NCBI GenBank assembly: GCA_965287045.1
Contig: OZ336882.1
Coordinates: forward strand, 35,526,001 to 35,590,000
From: Carcharhinus amblyrhynchos
Taxonomy: Eukaryota
DNA length: 64,000 bases
Direction of reading: 5' to 3'
Positions 1 through 13,900 of the stretch are shown piece by piece. The notes under the pieces were generated by a model. That model searched no databases. It had not been told where the DNA came from and was given only the letters and a program-made list of their open reading frames with translations. Both the position numbers and the translations under genes were made by a program. How positions within the stretch are numbered: the stretch's first letter is position 1; every line of letters starts with the position of its first letter.

Positions 1-230
1 TCATAATTACTTTACCAAGTTGCCAAGGCCCCAAGCTACGACACTCCCTCCTTATATCTTTTCCTCCCACTTTCCTCTAAGATATTTCTTAAATCTCTAT
101 TTGACCAGGTTTTTGATCACCTGACCTATCACATGTGACTCAGTGACATACGAATTTATAATGTTCCTGTGAAGTGGCATGGAGGTTTTGTTACATTAAA
201 AGGTGCTATATAAATGAAAGTTATTGCTGC
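1..230 (+). mobile_element. L2-type LINE 3' end remnant
   Basis: Tail cctgtgaag...ttacattaaaaggtgctatataaatgaaagttattg; a related tail occurs at ~19255-19315. Confidence 0.55.
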
Positions 231-829
231 TACCTCCACTTTTGGCATTTATATTGAAGTACTGCTTTATTTTATGTTTCATTCCAAGTAGGTGTTCCTT
301 ATAGTTCTGATTTCTTCTTTGTCCCACCTCAGAGTTTCATTTAGTTCTGTTCCATTTCTGCTTGCTTTCCTTAATTTTCAAATTTCTTCCCTCTAGCACT
401 GTTGAGAAACAAAATGTGTTCTCCCTGCTACTCCAGCTAGAGACCCCAGCTTTAAACGAGAAGAGGATTAGGACTAGAGGAGTGTGGGAAAATAAAATGT
501 CCACAGAGAATGCTTAAAACACAGGCAGATATGGAATTATAACTTAAGACAGTGATCCACTTCAACCAGAGGTAACTACATATCCTACAACTATGTAATG
601 GTCTAGTAGTACAAGTGAGGAAGCCTAAACTATCACTGCAATAAAACTAATGCAAGCAAATTCAAGTGCTGCATAAACAATGTGACATAATAACTGTAAT
701 AAAACAAAGCGCAACACTGGGAGGGAATTGCATGCACAAAAAATTACTGCAGTTATTCCCAAAGTAAGAAGAAACTACTTTAATCAAATGAGTACTCAAT
801 TAATGGAAGGGCACTGGGGAGAGTTATAG

Positions 830-1520
830 AACAAAGATCTAGGGGTACAGGTTCATAGCTCCTTGGAAGTGAAGTCACAGGTGGACAGAGTGGTGAAGAA
901 GGCATTCAGCATGCTTGGTTTCATCGGTCAGAATACTGAATAAAGGAGTTGGAATTTGTACAAGACATTAGTAAAGCCACACTTAGAATGTTGCATGCAG
1001 TTCTGGTCATCCTATTATAGAATGGATATTATTAACCTAGAAAGAGTGGAGAAAAGATTTACTAGGATGCCACCAGGACTTAATGGAGTTAAAAGGAGAG
1101 GCTGGATAGACTGGGATTCTTTTCCTCTGGAGTGTAAGAGGCCAAGGGATGATCTTATAGAGGTCTATAAGATAATGAGGGGCACAGATCAGCTGGATAG
1201 TCAATATCTTTTTCCAAAAGTAGGGGAATCTAAAACTAGAGTGGCAGAAGTTTAAGGTGAGAGGAGAGACATACACATGTCCAGCAGGGCAATTTTTTTC
1301 CTCAGAGGATGGTGAGCATCTGGAACAAGCTGCCAGAGGTAGTAGTAGAGGCGGATACAATTTTGTCTTTTAAAAAGCATTTAGATAGTTACCTGGGTAA
1401 GATGGGTATAGAGGGATATGGGCCAAATGTGGGTAATTGGGGTTAGCTTTGAAATTTAAAAAAAGCGACACAGACCAGCTGGGCCAAAGGGCCTGTTTCC
1501 ATGCTGTAAACCCCTATGTA
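830..1520 (+). mobile_element. CR1-clade LINE 3' fragment (HER1-like)
   Basis: YKTLVKPHLE-C-QFWS...DLIEVYKIMRG peptide; gggccaaagggcctgtttccatgctgtaa tail. Confidence 0.9.
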
Positions 1521-1688
1521 TCTAATATGTTCAACCTGTGCTGCACGTAGCTCAAATAAATGAATGAATGAGGGGAGTACTGAAGTCAAATGTTTTGCTA
1601 AAACATTGTTCTTTTACTACTACTTACGTTTAAACCTGAGTGATCTTTTACACATTTATGTTTTAATAGTTAAAGAAATTTAACGAAC

Positions 1689-1902
1689 CTTTGCTCTGTG
1701 CTCAACATTTGCCTTTCTATCCAACAGCAAACTGACAACTTCTGCTCGGCCTTGGAAACAGGCCAGAGTAAGGGCAGTGTTTCTATTGGTCTCAATCTGG
1801 GCATTGATGTCAGAGCCCATATCAAGCAACAGTTTCACTGACGCCACATGACCATTCATAGCAGCTAACATCAGAGGAGAAATTCCCAATTTGCTTCCCG
1901 TC
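1689..1902 (-). CDS. ANKHD1: ANKHD1 exon ~20 (214 nt): RTGSKLGISPLMLAAMNGH...ANVEHRAK
   Basis: cag|G ... AAG|gttcgt; phase 2->0. Confidence 0.95.
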
Positions 1903-4900
1903 CTGCAACAGAATAAACATTTTATGAATTTTACAAAGTTTTTGTTTAAATTACATTGTGATACAGACAATATTGCACATAGGAATGACTGAACATGGTT
2001 TCTAACTAGCGAGAAAAAAGAGTAGTTTTATTCCTACTGGCTGCGAATGGCTTTTAATTTTAAAAATGTTAATTTTTTAAAAACCACTTTCTCTTGTACA
2101 CGCAATCCAATATTTCTCTCGCCTTTACTTTCTTTTGTATATGATCTGAGATTGAATTCACTCACCTCTAGTTAGCCTTCCTCCAATCTTTATTGTTTAT
2201 TTCTCAATCTTTGAATCTCATCGGTTAAGGAGATACATTTTTGGTCACCAATGCCCCAGGTGCCCTAATGCCCTCACTGTGGTCATTTCCAACTGGCACT
2301 TCCAGCAACTTAAGGTCAAAATTATTTTGCTCTAAGAAATAAGACGACTAGCTAACTGGGCAAGTTTTAGTAAACTCAGACCTATTGAATCTGGATACTG
2401 CAATGTTCATTTTATTAATTTTTGGGGAAAACACTTGCATGGTTAGGAAAGAATAGATGGATTGAGGTCAATGTTGTTGAGATGTAAGCTTGAAATAACA
2501 GATCAACATCCAAATGAGGGCTAATGAACAAGAGCCAGGAATGAATCTAGTTGACAGTCAAAAGACAACATGGATCATTTCTGGGTATTCTCCCTACATC
2601 TTCATGAAGCCATTTAACATGTGTAATACCTGGAATTAATTTCTGCTCCAGCATTCAAAAGAATCTTTATGATGTTAACATAGCCACCAGAGGCAGCAAG
2701 ACTGAGAGGTGTATAGTCTGAAACATTGCGATGCTCTTTGTTCGCACCACGAGCCAACAGCAACTCCACCACCTAAATCAAGAAATATGCAAAACAAGTT
2801 TCAGGTATTAATTTGAAATGGAAATAATGAAAACTTTATCAACCACCGCACATACGATCATTCTGCAATAACCCTATACTTAATAGGATTTTGCGCAGAC
2901 AAGGCTCACACGAAATGCTAAATTTAAATTACATGGTTTTATTTGCTCTGAAATTTAGTATTGTTCTGATATTAATGCCCTGACAAAAGCTGACCAATGA
3001 GTAGTGCTGCAACAAACCACTGAAACTATGCTTTGATGAAACTACATAAAATATACACAAGAGAATTAGCTTACTGAATTTAGTAACATTGGGAGATTTA
3101 ACTCATCAAGCCTGTTTCATCATTCAATGAGATGACTGATCTGTGAATTGGTTCCATACATCCCTTTATAACTTTGAACAAAAGTCAATTACAGGCTAAA
3201 ATTATAATCACAAATTATACCTGAACATCAAATGTTATTTGTGTAAGAGTATTTCACATTTGCACCTTGGTGTAAAAATGTTTCCTAATTTCACTACTGA
3301 AAGTTCTGGCTCCAATTTTTAGATCATGGCACCAAGTCCTAGACTCCCAATCAGCAAACATTTGTTTTCATCTACCCTATTTCCCTTAATCGCATGGAAA
3401 ATTCAATCCAACGATCCTTCAATTTCTAATTTCCAAAGACCATCAACCCTAGTTTGTATAATCTTGGAGTTCAAGTACCATGCTCATAAACGTAGGCTAA
3501 AATCTTTTGAAGACAAATATAGCCCAGAACTGCTCTAATTATAAGTGTAGTCTAACCAGGGCTTTGTATAACTGAAGCACAATTTCTGCCTTCTTATATT
3601 GTCATCCTCTACAGATCTATATAACGGCCAGCATTCTATTAGCCTTTTTGGTTTTCTTCTTGGCCTGTTCACAACATTTTCATGATCAACATAGATGGAC
3701 ATTTCACATTTACCAAGTACCCTGTTCTTTTTTTGTTGAAGAAATTTCACATGTGCCTTGAAACCCATTTGCCCACTTAATCTATCAAGTAATTAATTTT
3801 AGGCTTCCACCTATACTCATCTTTGTCTCATCAGCAAATTTGGACGTGTAGTTATCGGCCATCTTCCAAGTCATTTAGAAATATAGTGAATGGTTGAGTC
3901 TCAAAGATCCATACAGCACACTCTTAACAGCATCCTGCAAATTATGATACCTGCCCATTATCCTGACATTCTGCTTCCTGCTGCTGAACCAATTTCTTAA
4001 TCAGATCAATAATTTGTCATAATTCCACAGGCTTCAAACTTAGCCAAGTCGATCAGGAACACTGTCAAATGTCTTCTTGAAGACTATATAAATAATTCTA
4101 AATCCACTGCTTTAGTCAGCTCAACAAAAAATCTGAAAGGTCCTACTTTTGACAAATGAATTTTTAAAAAATTTAATAGATAATTTAAAATCTTGGTGGT
4201 GCCTTCATTAAAAAACTACAGACTATATATTAATAAAATGGCAGCCAGATAACTTGGGGAGTTTCTTACCCATAAACAGGTGTTCCATCTGTTCATCACT
4301 AATCCAAGACAGAACATGCCCACTGCGTACCTGCTCTAGATTTTCCCTTAGCTGTTCTATCATCCACTGTCCATATGCACTGCATAAAATCCAGCTCTGT
4401 TGTCGGTCATCATCCTCTAATTTTTCCCTGATAATTTGATTGATCGTCTTGGCATGTCCTTCTAACACAGCTACCATGTTCAAATCTACCCTCTCCCTCT
4501 TATGAATGTCTATTAGTTGAATGAGGCCCACCCTGGTTTGATACAGAATGCAGTGTTAGTAATGTTACAATGTGTCGCGCCATACTGATATTGTTTCGGG
4601 GGGTGGTGAGACAGCATCTCCCTGCTCCCTTGTAAACTACCCGAGTTATGTCTGTGCCCAGATTACGAGCTTCTACTGAGCAATTTAAGCTAGTGTTTGT
4701 TCTGAAACCGCACAGTGCATGCTCATTCAAGTAAACTGGGTACGGACAGTTAACAGAACAGTTAACGGAAAGGTCTTTCACCTCTTGTCTTCCTCCAGAA
4801 CAAGCCAATGACAATGGCGTATCCTTGGTGCGTTCAGATTGTGCTTCAATATCTGCACCTTTGTCTAATAGAATTTCTACAACCCCAACATGACCAGCTG

Positions 4901-7900
4901 TAGCAGCCAAAATAAGTGGCGTAAAACCTAACAGGAAGGAAGATAGACAAGCACGTTAAATTTAAATGAATCTAATGATCAACATGTAACATTACAGCAA
5001 TCAATAAAATTGCATCTGTACTCTGAATTCTTGATTTTAACATCCCCATGGTGGAAAGCACCAAGTGAATACAAACAAGAGATCTTTGCTGGGTTGCTAT
5101 AGGACTTGTTTTAACATTGATCCTCTTTTGACTTTCTCGCGACTAAAAAAAACAAACTTCTGGATGTCATTCGATAATTTCTGAGAGTAAACGTTCCACA
5201 AGATTCAACACCTAGGTGCGCAAATAACATAGTCCAATGTCTTGTATTGGTCATCTCATCTCAACCTGGGAAGCAGCTTTTTGCTAACTGTTGCCTTAAT
5301 TAAGGGCAGGTTAATGAACAATAATGACTCCTAACACAAAAACAAAAATGTTGGAAAACCTCAGCAGATCTGACAGCATCTGTGCAGAAAGAATATACCC
5401 AATGTTTCAACTCTCAATGACCTTTGGTCAGAGATGGCCCCTAAATTATGTCTGTATTATGTCCAATTTGTTTGAATGAAAATGCTGAAATCTTACAGGG
5501 ATTTTAAATTCACATTTGAACTTTGCATATAATTGTCCATTAATATATAGAATATTCCATAATCCTCATCAACCAATTAGTAATGAAGTTTACACTCACT
5601 CATTTGGTTAGTCTCCATACAAAGAGACGCTCGAATGTGAATTTTATCAACTAGCTAATTAGTTATACTAAACTCTGGACTTCCCAAAGCACAATGCCAA
5701 GATTTGCTTAGCAGTGCAATGATGAAAATGGCTCTCTGTCTCAAAGGTTGGATGAGGTGTAATATAGATAGAATTGATACAGTATTTTAATCTCGAAATT
5801 TCAGGAACAAACCCATCCCCAAACTACATATAGATAAGAAAGTGGTGATTACTTCCAGAGACACTGGCCTTTAGTAATACACAGAATATCTGGAAGTCAT
5901 CATGTGTGCTGACCACTGATTGGTGAATTAAAAAATTCATTCTGTGCAGTCCTGTAAGGCAGTTCCATGCTCGTAGGGAAGGGAGAAAGAGATAGAATAT
6001 GATTAAATGGTGAGATTAAGTAAGGTGGAAAGATAACAAATCTTTTCCTGTTTTCAATCCCTTTCACAACAGTATAAATCTCATCCTATTTCCAATTGCC
6101 TTCAACTCTTGACAAAAACTCATCCAGATTCGAAATGTCTTCTTTCCACAGACCTGCTGAGATTTGCCAGCATTTTCTGTTTTTGCTGGAAAGAAAATAA
6201 AGTTGAATATAAACACTAGTATGAATCAGTTTATAGCATGGATGCAAACCATTTGACCAAAGGTATCAAAATGCGCGCAAATTTGGCCTATATGCGTTTC
6301 CTGGTATGGAAAGTATGGTGGTCAGATTCATAGCTTCAAAACATGATCATGATTTCCATCCTCCAAATGAACATCCCATTTACGCAAAATTAAACAACAC
6401 AAGGGAACACAGTAGCTTAATAGTAATGTTACTGGACAAGTAATCCAGGCTCCTGGACCACTGCTCTGGACTGTTAGGTACAAATCCCATCAAGACAGTT
6501 GATGAATTTAGATTCAATTAATTAATAAATCTGGAATAAAATAGTCTTATTGATAATGATCATGAAATTACTGGGATTCTTGTTAAAAATGCACCTGGTT
6601 CATTAATGTCAGTTAGGATTAGGGTTAGCCTAACCTTAACCCCAAATCTTACCTGGCCTAGTAAACATGCAACCCAGGGTAATATGGTTGATTCCTGAAG
6701 GCACTCAAATGACGTAGCAAGCCATACAGATATTAAATTTCTACAGGATAAAGGAAGAAGAATTGTGGGTGCACCTACAGTACATGGACTGCAGTAATTC
6801 AAGGTGGTGGTTCACCACCGCCACCTTCTTGATGACAATCGGGTTCATATCCCATGGAGTAATCATAAAAATAATTAAGAATTTTTAAGGCAGGAGGAAA
6901 AACTGAAAAGGTGATTAAATCATAAGCAAAAGAACCTTCCTGATAAATGGAGCTGCATTCAGCTGATACAATGATACCTGTGTAAATCAACCAGCTTTAT
7001 CCTTGTAAAGTGTGCAATTAGCTCCTTGTAAAGTGTGCAATTAGCAATCAATACATAATTTCTCAACACTATCCAATAAGATTCCCCATTATGCTGGACT
7101 GCATGTATACTTACAAAAGTATACTCACTACTGAACTCAGCAGCTTCAAGATCTTGTCTATGTCACTCCATTAAACGAAAGCTGATCTAAGTGGCAAATT
7201 GATGCATACCTTTTTTATCCCTGTGTTCAATGTTAGCACCACGAGCTATTAAAACTGAAACAAGTTCTTCGTGTCCCCCAGCGCACGCCAATGTTAATGC
7301 AGTATCATGGTTACTCTCAGTCTACATAGAAAGAAAGGATATTGTTCAATGAAAGTTCAATCAACTATATAATGTAGAAGCAGTAATATTTACCAAAGTC
7401 ATTAACATGCATAAAATGCAAGAAATTGGAGAAGTGAGCCAATTGGAGTAGTGGGTCCCACCAAGATAGCCCTGTCACTCAGTAGGATCATAACTGATCT
7501 TCTGTCTCAAGTCACACCTTCCAGCACAATTCTCACATCCTTTGATTCCTCAAGTATCTAAGAATCTGATGATCTCTGACTTAAATATATTCTATGACTA
7601 AGAATTCACAAATCTCAAAGAATTATAAAGGCTCACAGCACTTGAAGAAAATTTCTCATCTCAGTCATAAAGGGTTGACTGGACATTCGAAGTCTGTGAC
7701 CCTTCTAGACTCTCCAACAAGGGGAAACGTCTTCCCAACATCTATTCTATCATGTTTCTTCAGAATTTTATATGTTTAGTTGGATCACCTCTTATCCTCC
7801 TACGCTCAAGGGAATACAGGCCTAGTCTACTCAATTTTCCTTCCAAGCATAATCCTCTCATTACAGTCCAGTGAATCTTTGTTGTACTCACTTCAAGCTA

Positions 7901-10900
7901 AGTACATCTTTCCTTGGATAGGAGGCTAAAGCTGCACAAAAAAGGTCCAGGTATCTCATCAAGGCCCTATACACAAATGCAATAAGGACTTTACCACTAA
8001 AGTTCAATCCTTTCAAATCTAACATGCCATTTTCTTTCCTAATCATTTGACGTACACACACATCAACTTTGTGGTTCATGTACAAGGACATTCAGATCCT
8101 TCTGAAACGTATTTCAATTTTTTTTAAAATCAGTTTGATTATTCCAACCAAAATTCCAATTTTACATTTCTCCACACTGTACTCCATCAATCATATTGTT
8201 GCACATTTAATCTAAATCCTTAGCAATCTCATTGTCATGACAGCCCATTTTCCCATCAACAGCAAAATTGTATGCATTACACTCATGTTACTGATATAAA
8301 CTGTAAATAGCTGAGGCCCAAGCACTGATTCTTATGCTCTACTGGTTACTTACTACCTACCAATCCAAAAATAACCCAAGTACTCCTACTCTACTCTCTG
8401 TTGGTTAACCATTCCTCAATTCGTGCTAATAAATTACCCCAAGCCCCAATTTTGTGTAATAACTCTTCCGTGGCATCTTATTGGAAAGAAAAATCAAATA
8501 CGCTACATCCATCGCTTCTCCCTCACCCACATCACCAAAAATAGAAATTTTCTAAACAATTTCCTTTTTGTAACTCTGTGAAGGCTCTGAGCATTCATGT
8601 TGAGATTTTCTAAATGCCCCAATATTAATAGATTCTAGCATTTTCCCTATTACTGATATCTGGCCATAATGTTAAGACATACTCATTTTGTAAAATAACC
8701 ATCCAAATCTTAGCATCTCAAGCATCAAATGCATTTAAAATATTGTATATATTGTTCATAAAATGCTCAAAATTTGATTTTACTATTGCGTGGTCTATTA
8801 CATGTTTATGGATTGTTTACCTGTGCGTCAATTTCAACTGAAGGATAGAGAGGCAGCATTGATGAAGGAGAAACAACTGGACTGGGAGTTTGAGTACGAG
8901 GCTGAGGAGTAGGGGGTGTTGTAGTGTGGGAAGGAGGATTCGGTCCAGAAGGCATTCTACTACTCACTGCTGCAAAACAAAATCAGTTGTCATTTCCTCA
9001 AAATGAGAAAGAGCTATAGAATTTTGCTAGATGCATGCAACCAAGGACTGAGCACATTCTGGAAAGTGAGAACATAATTTGTAATAGTGCCACTTTCAGC
9101 ATTTTACAAATATAAACCAGAATTGAATAATTAAGAAATAAGACGCTATCATTGTTTAAAATGTAATATTGAAAGTGTTCAATAAAAATTGAACATAGGC
9201 CAACAGTGCCTCAGAAGGTTATTCCATTATTGTGCCAGTAATTTTACAGAACGGTATTGCATAACATGCTGAAATGAAGAGGCAACATATTTAGAAACTA
9301 CAGAAAATTGAAGAATCTCCATTCAAGATGTTTAATGGCTTCGAACTACAACCCAAATTCTGTCAGGGATGGCACTTTTTTAACCTTGCTCCTGAAATAA
9401 CCAGCAAGTTTCTAACATGAAAATCTGAGGACTTTCAAATTATGAAACAAAAAAGTTGAATACACAGCAACAGAATTTGCACGGTGGAAATAAAGAATAT
9501 TAGTATTCTAATAAAAACTTCCATAAGTTCTACAATAATTGTTCAGCTCTAGGTCTCTTTGGTTAAGCTGAAAAGTCAAACACTTTTTTAAAATCACAAT
9601 TAAAGGAAAGTGTCAGTCAAATGGTCTTTACAGCTGCTGCAATTGAAACAATTACAGCATTCACTGCCCTGTAAACAAGTGCTCTAATCTGGAAGCAAAA
9701 TAATTTAGAGGATCTAGGTGGTTTCATGTAAGGAAACCCAAATTAGTTCATTTTGTGCAACCATCCAATTATCCTGGACTCCATTCAAATGCCAAAATTC
9801 ACTTTATAACTTTTGTTTTGTTGAGAATTGTTAACAAAAAGCTCCCACTGAAAATTTTTAGTGAACTGGTCCCTTTCCATTTGGAAACTGGATGTACAAG
9901 ACGGTGGCCTGACTGCTTCAAGTTGACTTCATCCCTTCTTGACGACTGAGTTAGAACACAATGCTGGATTCCCAAGGGTTTGAGGTATACAGTGGGAACT
10001 AGGTAAAATCTGCTAGAAATTGTCTCTTTGCTCCACAGGAATACAGGCATGGGGTTGAATTTTTACAGTTGTGACATTTTAGGAATGCCAGATCTTTTCT
10101 ACTGCACCATCACAGGGATGACACGAGTCAGTGAGGGTCTCCTCCACTTTACCCCAACTTCTCACCAACTGTTTTATAACTAATCTTAGGAAAAAAAAGT
10201 TTGACATTAGAATGGGTAGAACGATGAAAAGGTGTGTCTTTTTTTTGTCGATTAGGCCTGTTCATCAAATTTTGTTCATAAACCACAATCTCCAGCTCAT
10301 TTTTATGAGCTAGTTGCCACAAGATCAAATGTACCCATTTACAATCTTATATTAAAAAGGTGGTACATTAGGAATGCCAAGGTTCAGATGTTGCAGATTT
10401 CTTCAGTTGCTGAATTAATTCATATCATTTAGGAACAATGAAATGCAGTTACTTTTCAGTTACTTTTGTGGGATGAAAAACTACAAGAATTCTTTGATGC
10501 AGTTTTTCTCAGATGGAAATATTGTTTGGATGGGAAAATTCTCTCATTTCCTCCAAATCACCTGAAAATAAAAGTCCAACCAAAGCAGACTGATTTATAT
10601 AATTCTTAGGCGCAATATGCAATTGTTGAAATTTCAAGTTGCTGTCCCAATGCCAGATATTATTCCTGAAGGTGGTCTGGTGACCCAATCCAAAACTCTG
10701 ACAACCATCTCTACAACTACACAAAAATTAAATGCAAAATAAGTGCAACTCAGCTTGTCATTTTCCACATGATTGTAAAGATCCCTGAAGGCAGCAAGAC
10801 AGGTTAATAGGGTAGTTAAGGTGGCATATGGGTCACTTGCCATTATCAGTCTTGGCACAAGATTATAAGAGTGGGGAGGTTATATTTAAGCATTACAAAA

Positions 10901-13900
10901 TTTTGGTTAGGCCACAGCTGGTATAGTGTGCGCAATTCTGGTCACTTCAGTACAGGAAGGATGTGATAGTACTGGAGGGGATGCGGAGGAGATGCACCAG
11001 AATGTTGCATGGGATGCAACTATGAGCAGCTGCTGGATAGGCTCTGGTTGGTTTTCTTTAAGGCAGGGAAGGCTGAGAAGCCCCAACTGAGGTATACAAT
11101 GCGGGGACACAGACAACGTGGATAGGAAGCAGCTGCTCCCCTTGGATGAAGGGTTAATAACTAGGGGGCATGATTTTATGGTGAGGGGCAAGAGGCAAGC
11201 GGTTTAGAGGTCATTTGAGGAAAAGGTTTTTTATCTGGAGGGTGATAGGATTCTGAACTGCATTGCCTGGGACAGTAGAGAGGCCGGAAGTAGTACGTGG
11301 ATGAGCACTTAACGTCATAACATTCAAGGCCATAGCCCACGTGCTGCAAAGTGGGATTTGTGTAAATTTAGTGTAATTTTGTCAGTGACGACTATGGGCC
11401 AAAGGGCCTCTTCTATACCGAATGAGTGACAATTCCAATAAATGAATACCTAATAATGCAATTTAAATATTGAAAATATGGGTCCCCAATAAGACAGTAA
11501 ATTGATGTAACATTTACTGAACTAAGCAAACCAAAAAGCTACAAATTTTCACCTCATTCTTAAGAATTCAAGTATATCCCTGCAATTATACCTCAGCATC
11601 TATGAGTATATCATATCTTTGGGTGAGATGGGGGCAGAGAGTACGTAGTTTATTTAGTTGAGGAAAAAAAGCACTCTGATCACTATCTGCTGGAAGAGTA
11701 CTAGCACAGACAGTGGGCTAGATTGTGATATTCTTGGTGGTCAATGTGCCAATAATCACCATTTTTGTCAGGCTTGAAGGTCCAAATCAGGGCAATGACC
11801 CCGACAATAACAATATTACTGGCTAATAATGCTGCACTTAAAAATCACCAAAAGCAAGATAACTGGTCATTTATCTCAGGTGTGTTTGTGGGGTCTTTAT
11901 GAAGAATATTGGCTACTGTATTTGCCTACACTTCAAAAGTACTTCAATTGCTATGAAGCCCTTTTCTCCCAAAATAAAGGGTTTCACATGCTGAAGATCT
12001 TTCCTTTAAGAGGATGTTAAGTCTCCAGTATGTCATCTAAAATGTTATGCTTCAGCAAGTATGGACAAATAGCAGGTTACCTGACCATGTGCAGCTTCAC
12101 TACTCAGCCCCACATGTACAGATCAGCATTTCCACAAGGTACTCAAACTTCAGAGTTAGTATCCTGGCTAATGTATACTCTGCCTTATACAGATTATTGC
12201 TTCCTTGCTGAGATTAATGAACTCAGTACAAGACAAGGGCTAAACTTGAGACCTTCCTTTCTCAACTAATTTTGTTCTGCGTCAAACTCTGGGGAGGGAA
12301 ATAAGGCGTATGGCAGAGTTCTCTACTTCAAAAGGCCTACTGTAAAGTACTACATGAAAAACACCTTTACAAATTAAGTGACTGGATACAATGAACTGAA
12401 TTAGTTAACAGGAGTCAGTTCACAATAGAGTGGGAACAATATGGAACGATAGAGCTGAAAGCAGGATCCCTCCTTTTCCTCAAAAACGTAATTGCAATTT
12501 TTGCAGATGACACCAAGCAACGAGGCAGTTAAGAGGTTACAAATAAAATTTGGACCCAAGATGATGGGTGAAAAATCAAACTCAATAAAGACAAATGCAA
12601 CGTAATTCATACTTGAAATGAAGACAGACATGGTACCCCATAGGTTGTGTAGAACATACCACTAGAGGAGTAAAACAATGAGTTGAAAGAGATCGAAAGG
12701 GGATTGTTAATTTAACACTGACTATATCCAAATAATACAAACACAAAGTAATGGGATACTGAATGAGTTAAATGTAAATTTCCAGAATTCAAGCCAAGTA
12801 TAAAATTCCTTCATTTACTACACCTGACATGGTCATGTGAGTTATTGTAACCTGGAGACTGTTATGGCTGATCCCCAATGGTAAAGGGAAAAAGGTTCGA
12901 AGGAATATCTCAATAAACTAGGATTCTTCATCCTCAAAAAAACCTCAGAACAAACTTAATAAATGTGCACAAAATATTTAACTCAATAGTGAAAGTAAAG
13001 CAAATAAAAATTTGGATACATCAGTCCAGGAGGACAAAAGGGCATAAAATTTCCTCACACTTGGAGATTAACAACTGGTCAATTTGGTGGGAAAAATGGT
13101 CAAAAGACAGGGTTTATTTACAAAACACCTAGATAGTGCAAGTGAAAATAATACCATTGCCATCTGCAAACTCTGAATAAAATACAGTTACAAAAGAGGT
13201 TTGAAAGATATATTTTCCATAGTTTTTCTGAATTAAAATGTTTCAGTTTTGTGTATGTTTTTCAGTAGAGTCTTCAGTATAAATAAGTGCAGAAAGAAAT
13301 TTAAAATGTTTTTTTAAAAACTGCTGCTGCTATTGGCACTATTGAGAAATTGCTATCAGACTGGAAAAACTTTTCTTAATCACCCTTTCCAAAAAGGCAA
13401 ACAAATAAATTAAAAACCAATAAATTTTTAACTGAATAGTAAAAAAAAATTAACCTGGGGGATTGAGTTTGCAAGCTAAACAAGAGCTGCACTGCAATCT
13501 TTCTTAGAAAATGGGTCTAAAAGTTAACTAAATTGATCTAAATATTGAAAATAGTTACTTCTACGCTTTGCAGCCAATCTGTACAACTTCTCCCACACAA
13601 TAAAACAAATGGCCAGATAATCTGTTTTGGTGTTCAAAATTTTTAATTTTCTAGCCAGGTGATGGGGAGAACTGGATCTTCAACTTGGGATCCACACACC
13701 AAGACTTTCTTGAATTCCAGGATTGGAAATGGATCAATAGCTTCTGCCTCTCTGAGCACCAATTTGCTTCTTGTGCAAGAATTAGAAAAACTATTTTACT
13801 AGCACACTTTGTCAGTGCATTAAAATGCAATTATATTTGGGTAACTGATATTGTCTTCTGCAAATTATAATAGTGCTGCTAGGGAATTACCCTCCTGCAG

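Noticed and set aside
956-1255. 99-aa ORF (and similar ORFs at 29845, 30605, 62618) as independent genes
   Set aside because: They are CR1 ORF2 C-terminal remnants with frameshifts or truncation, not host genes.
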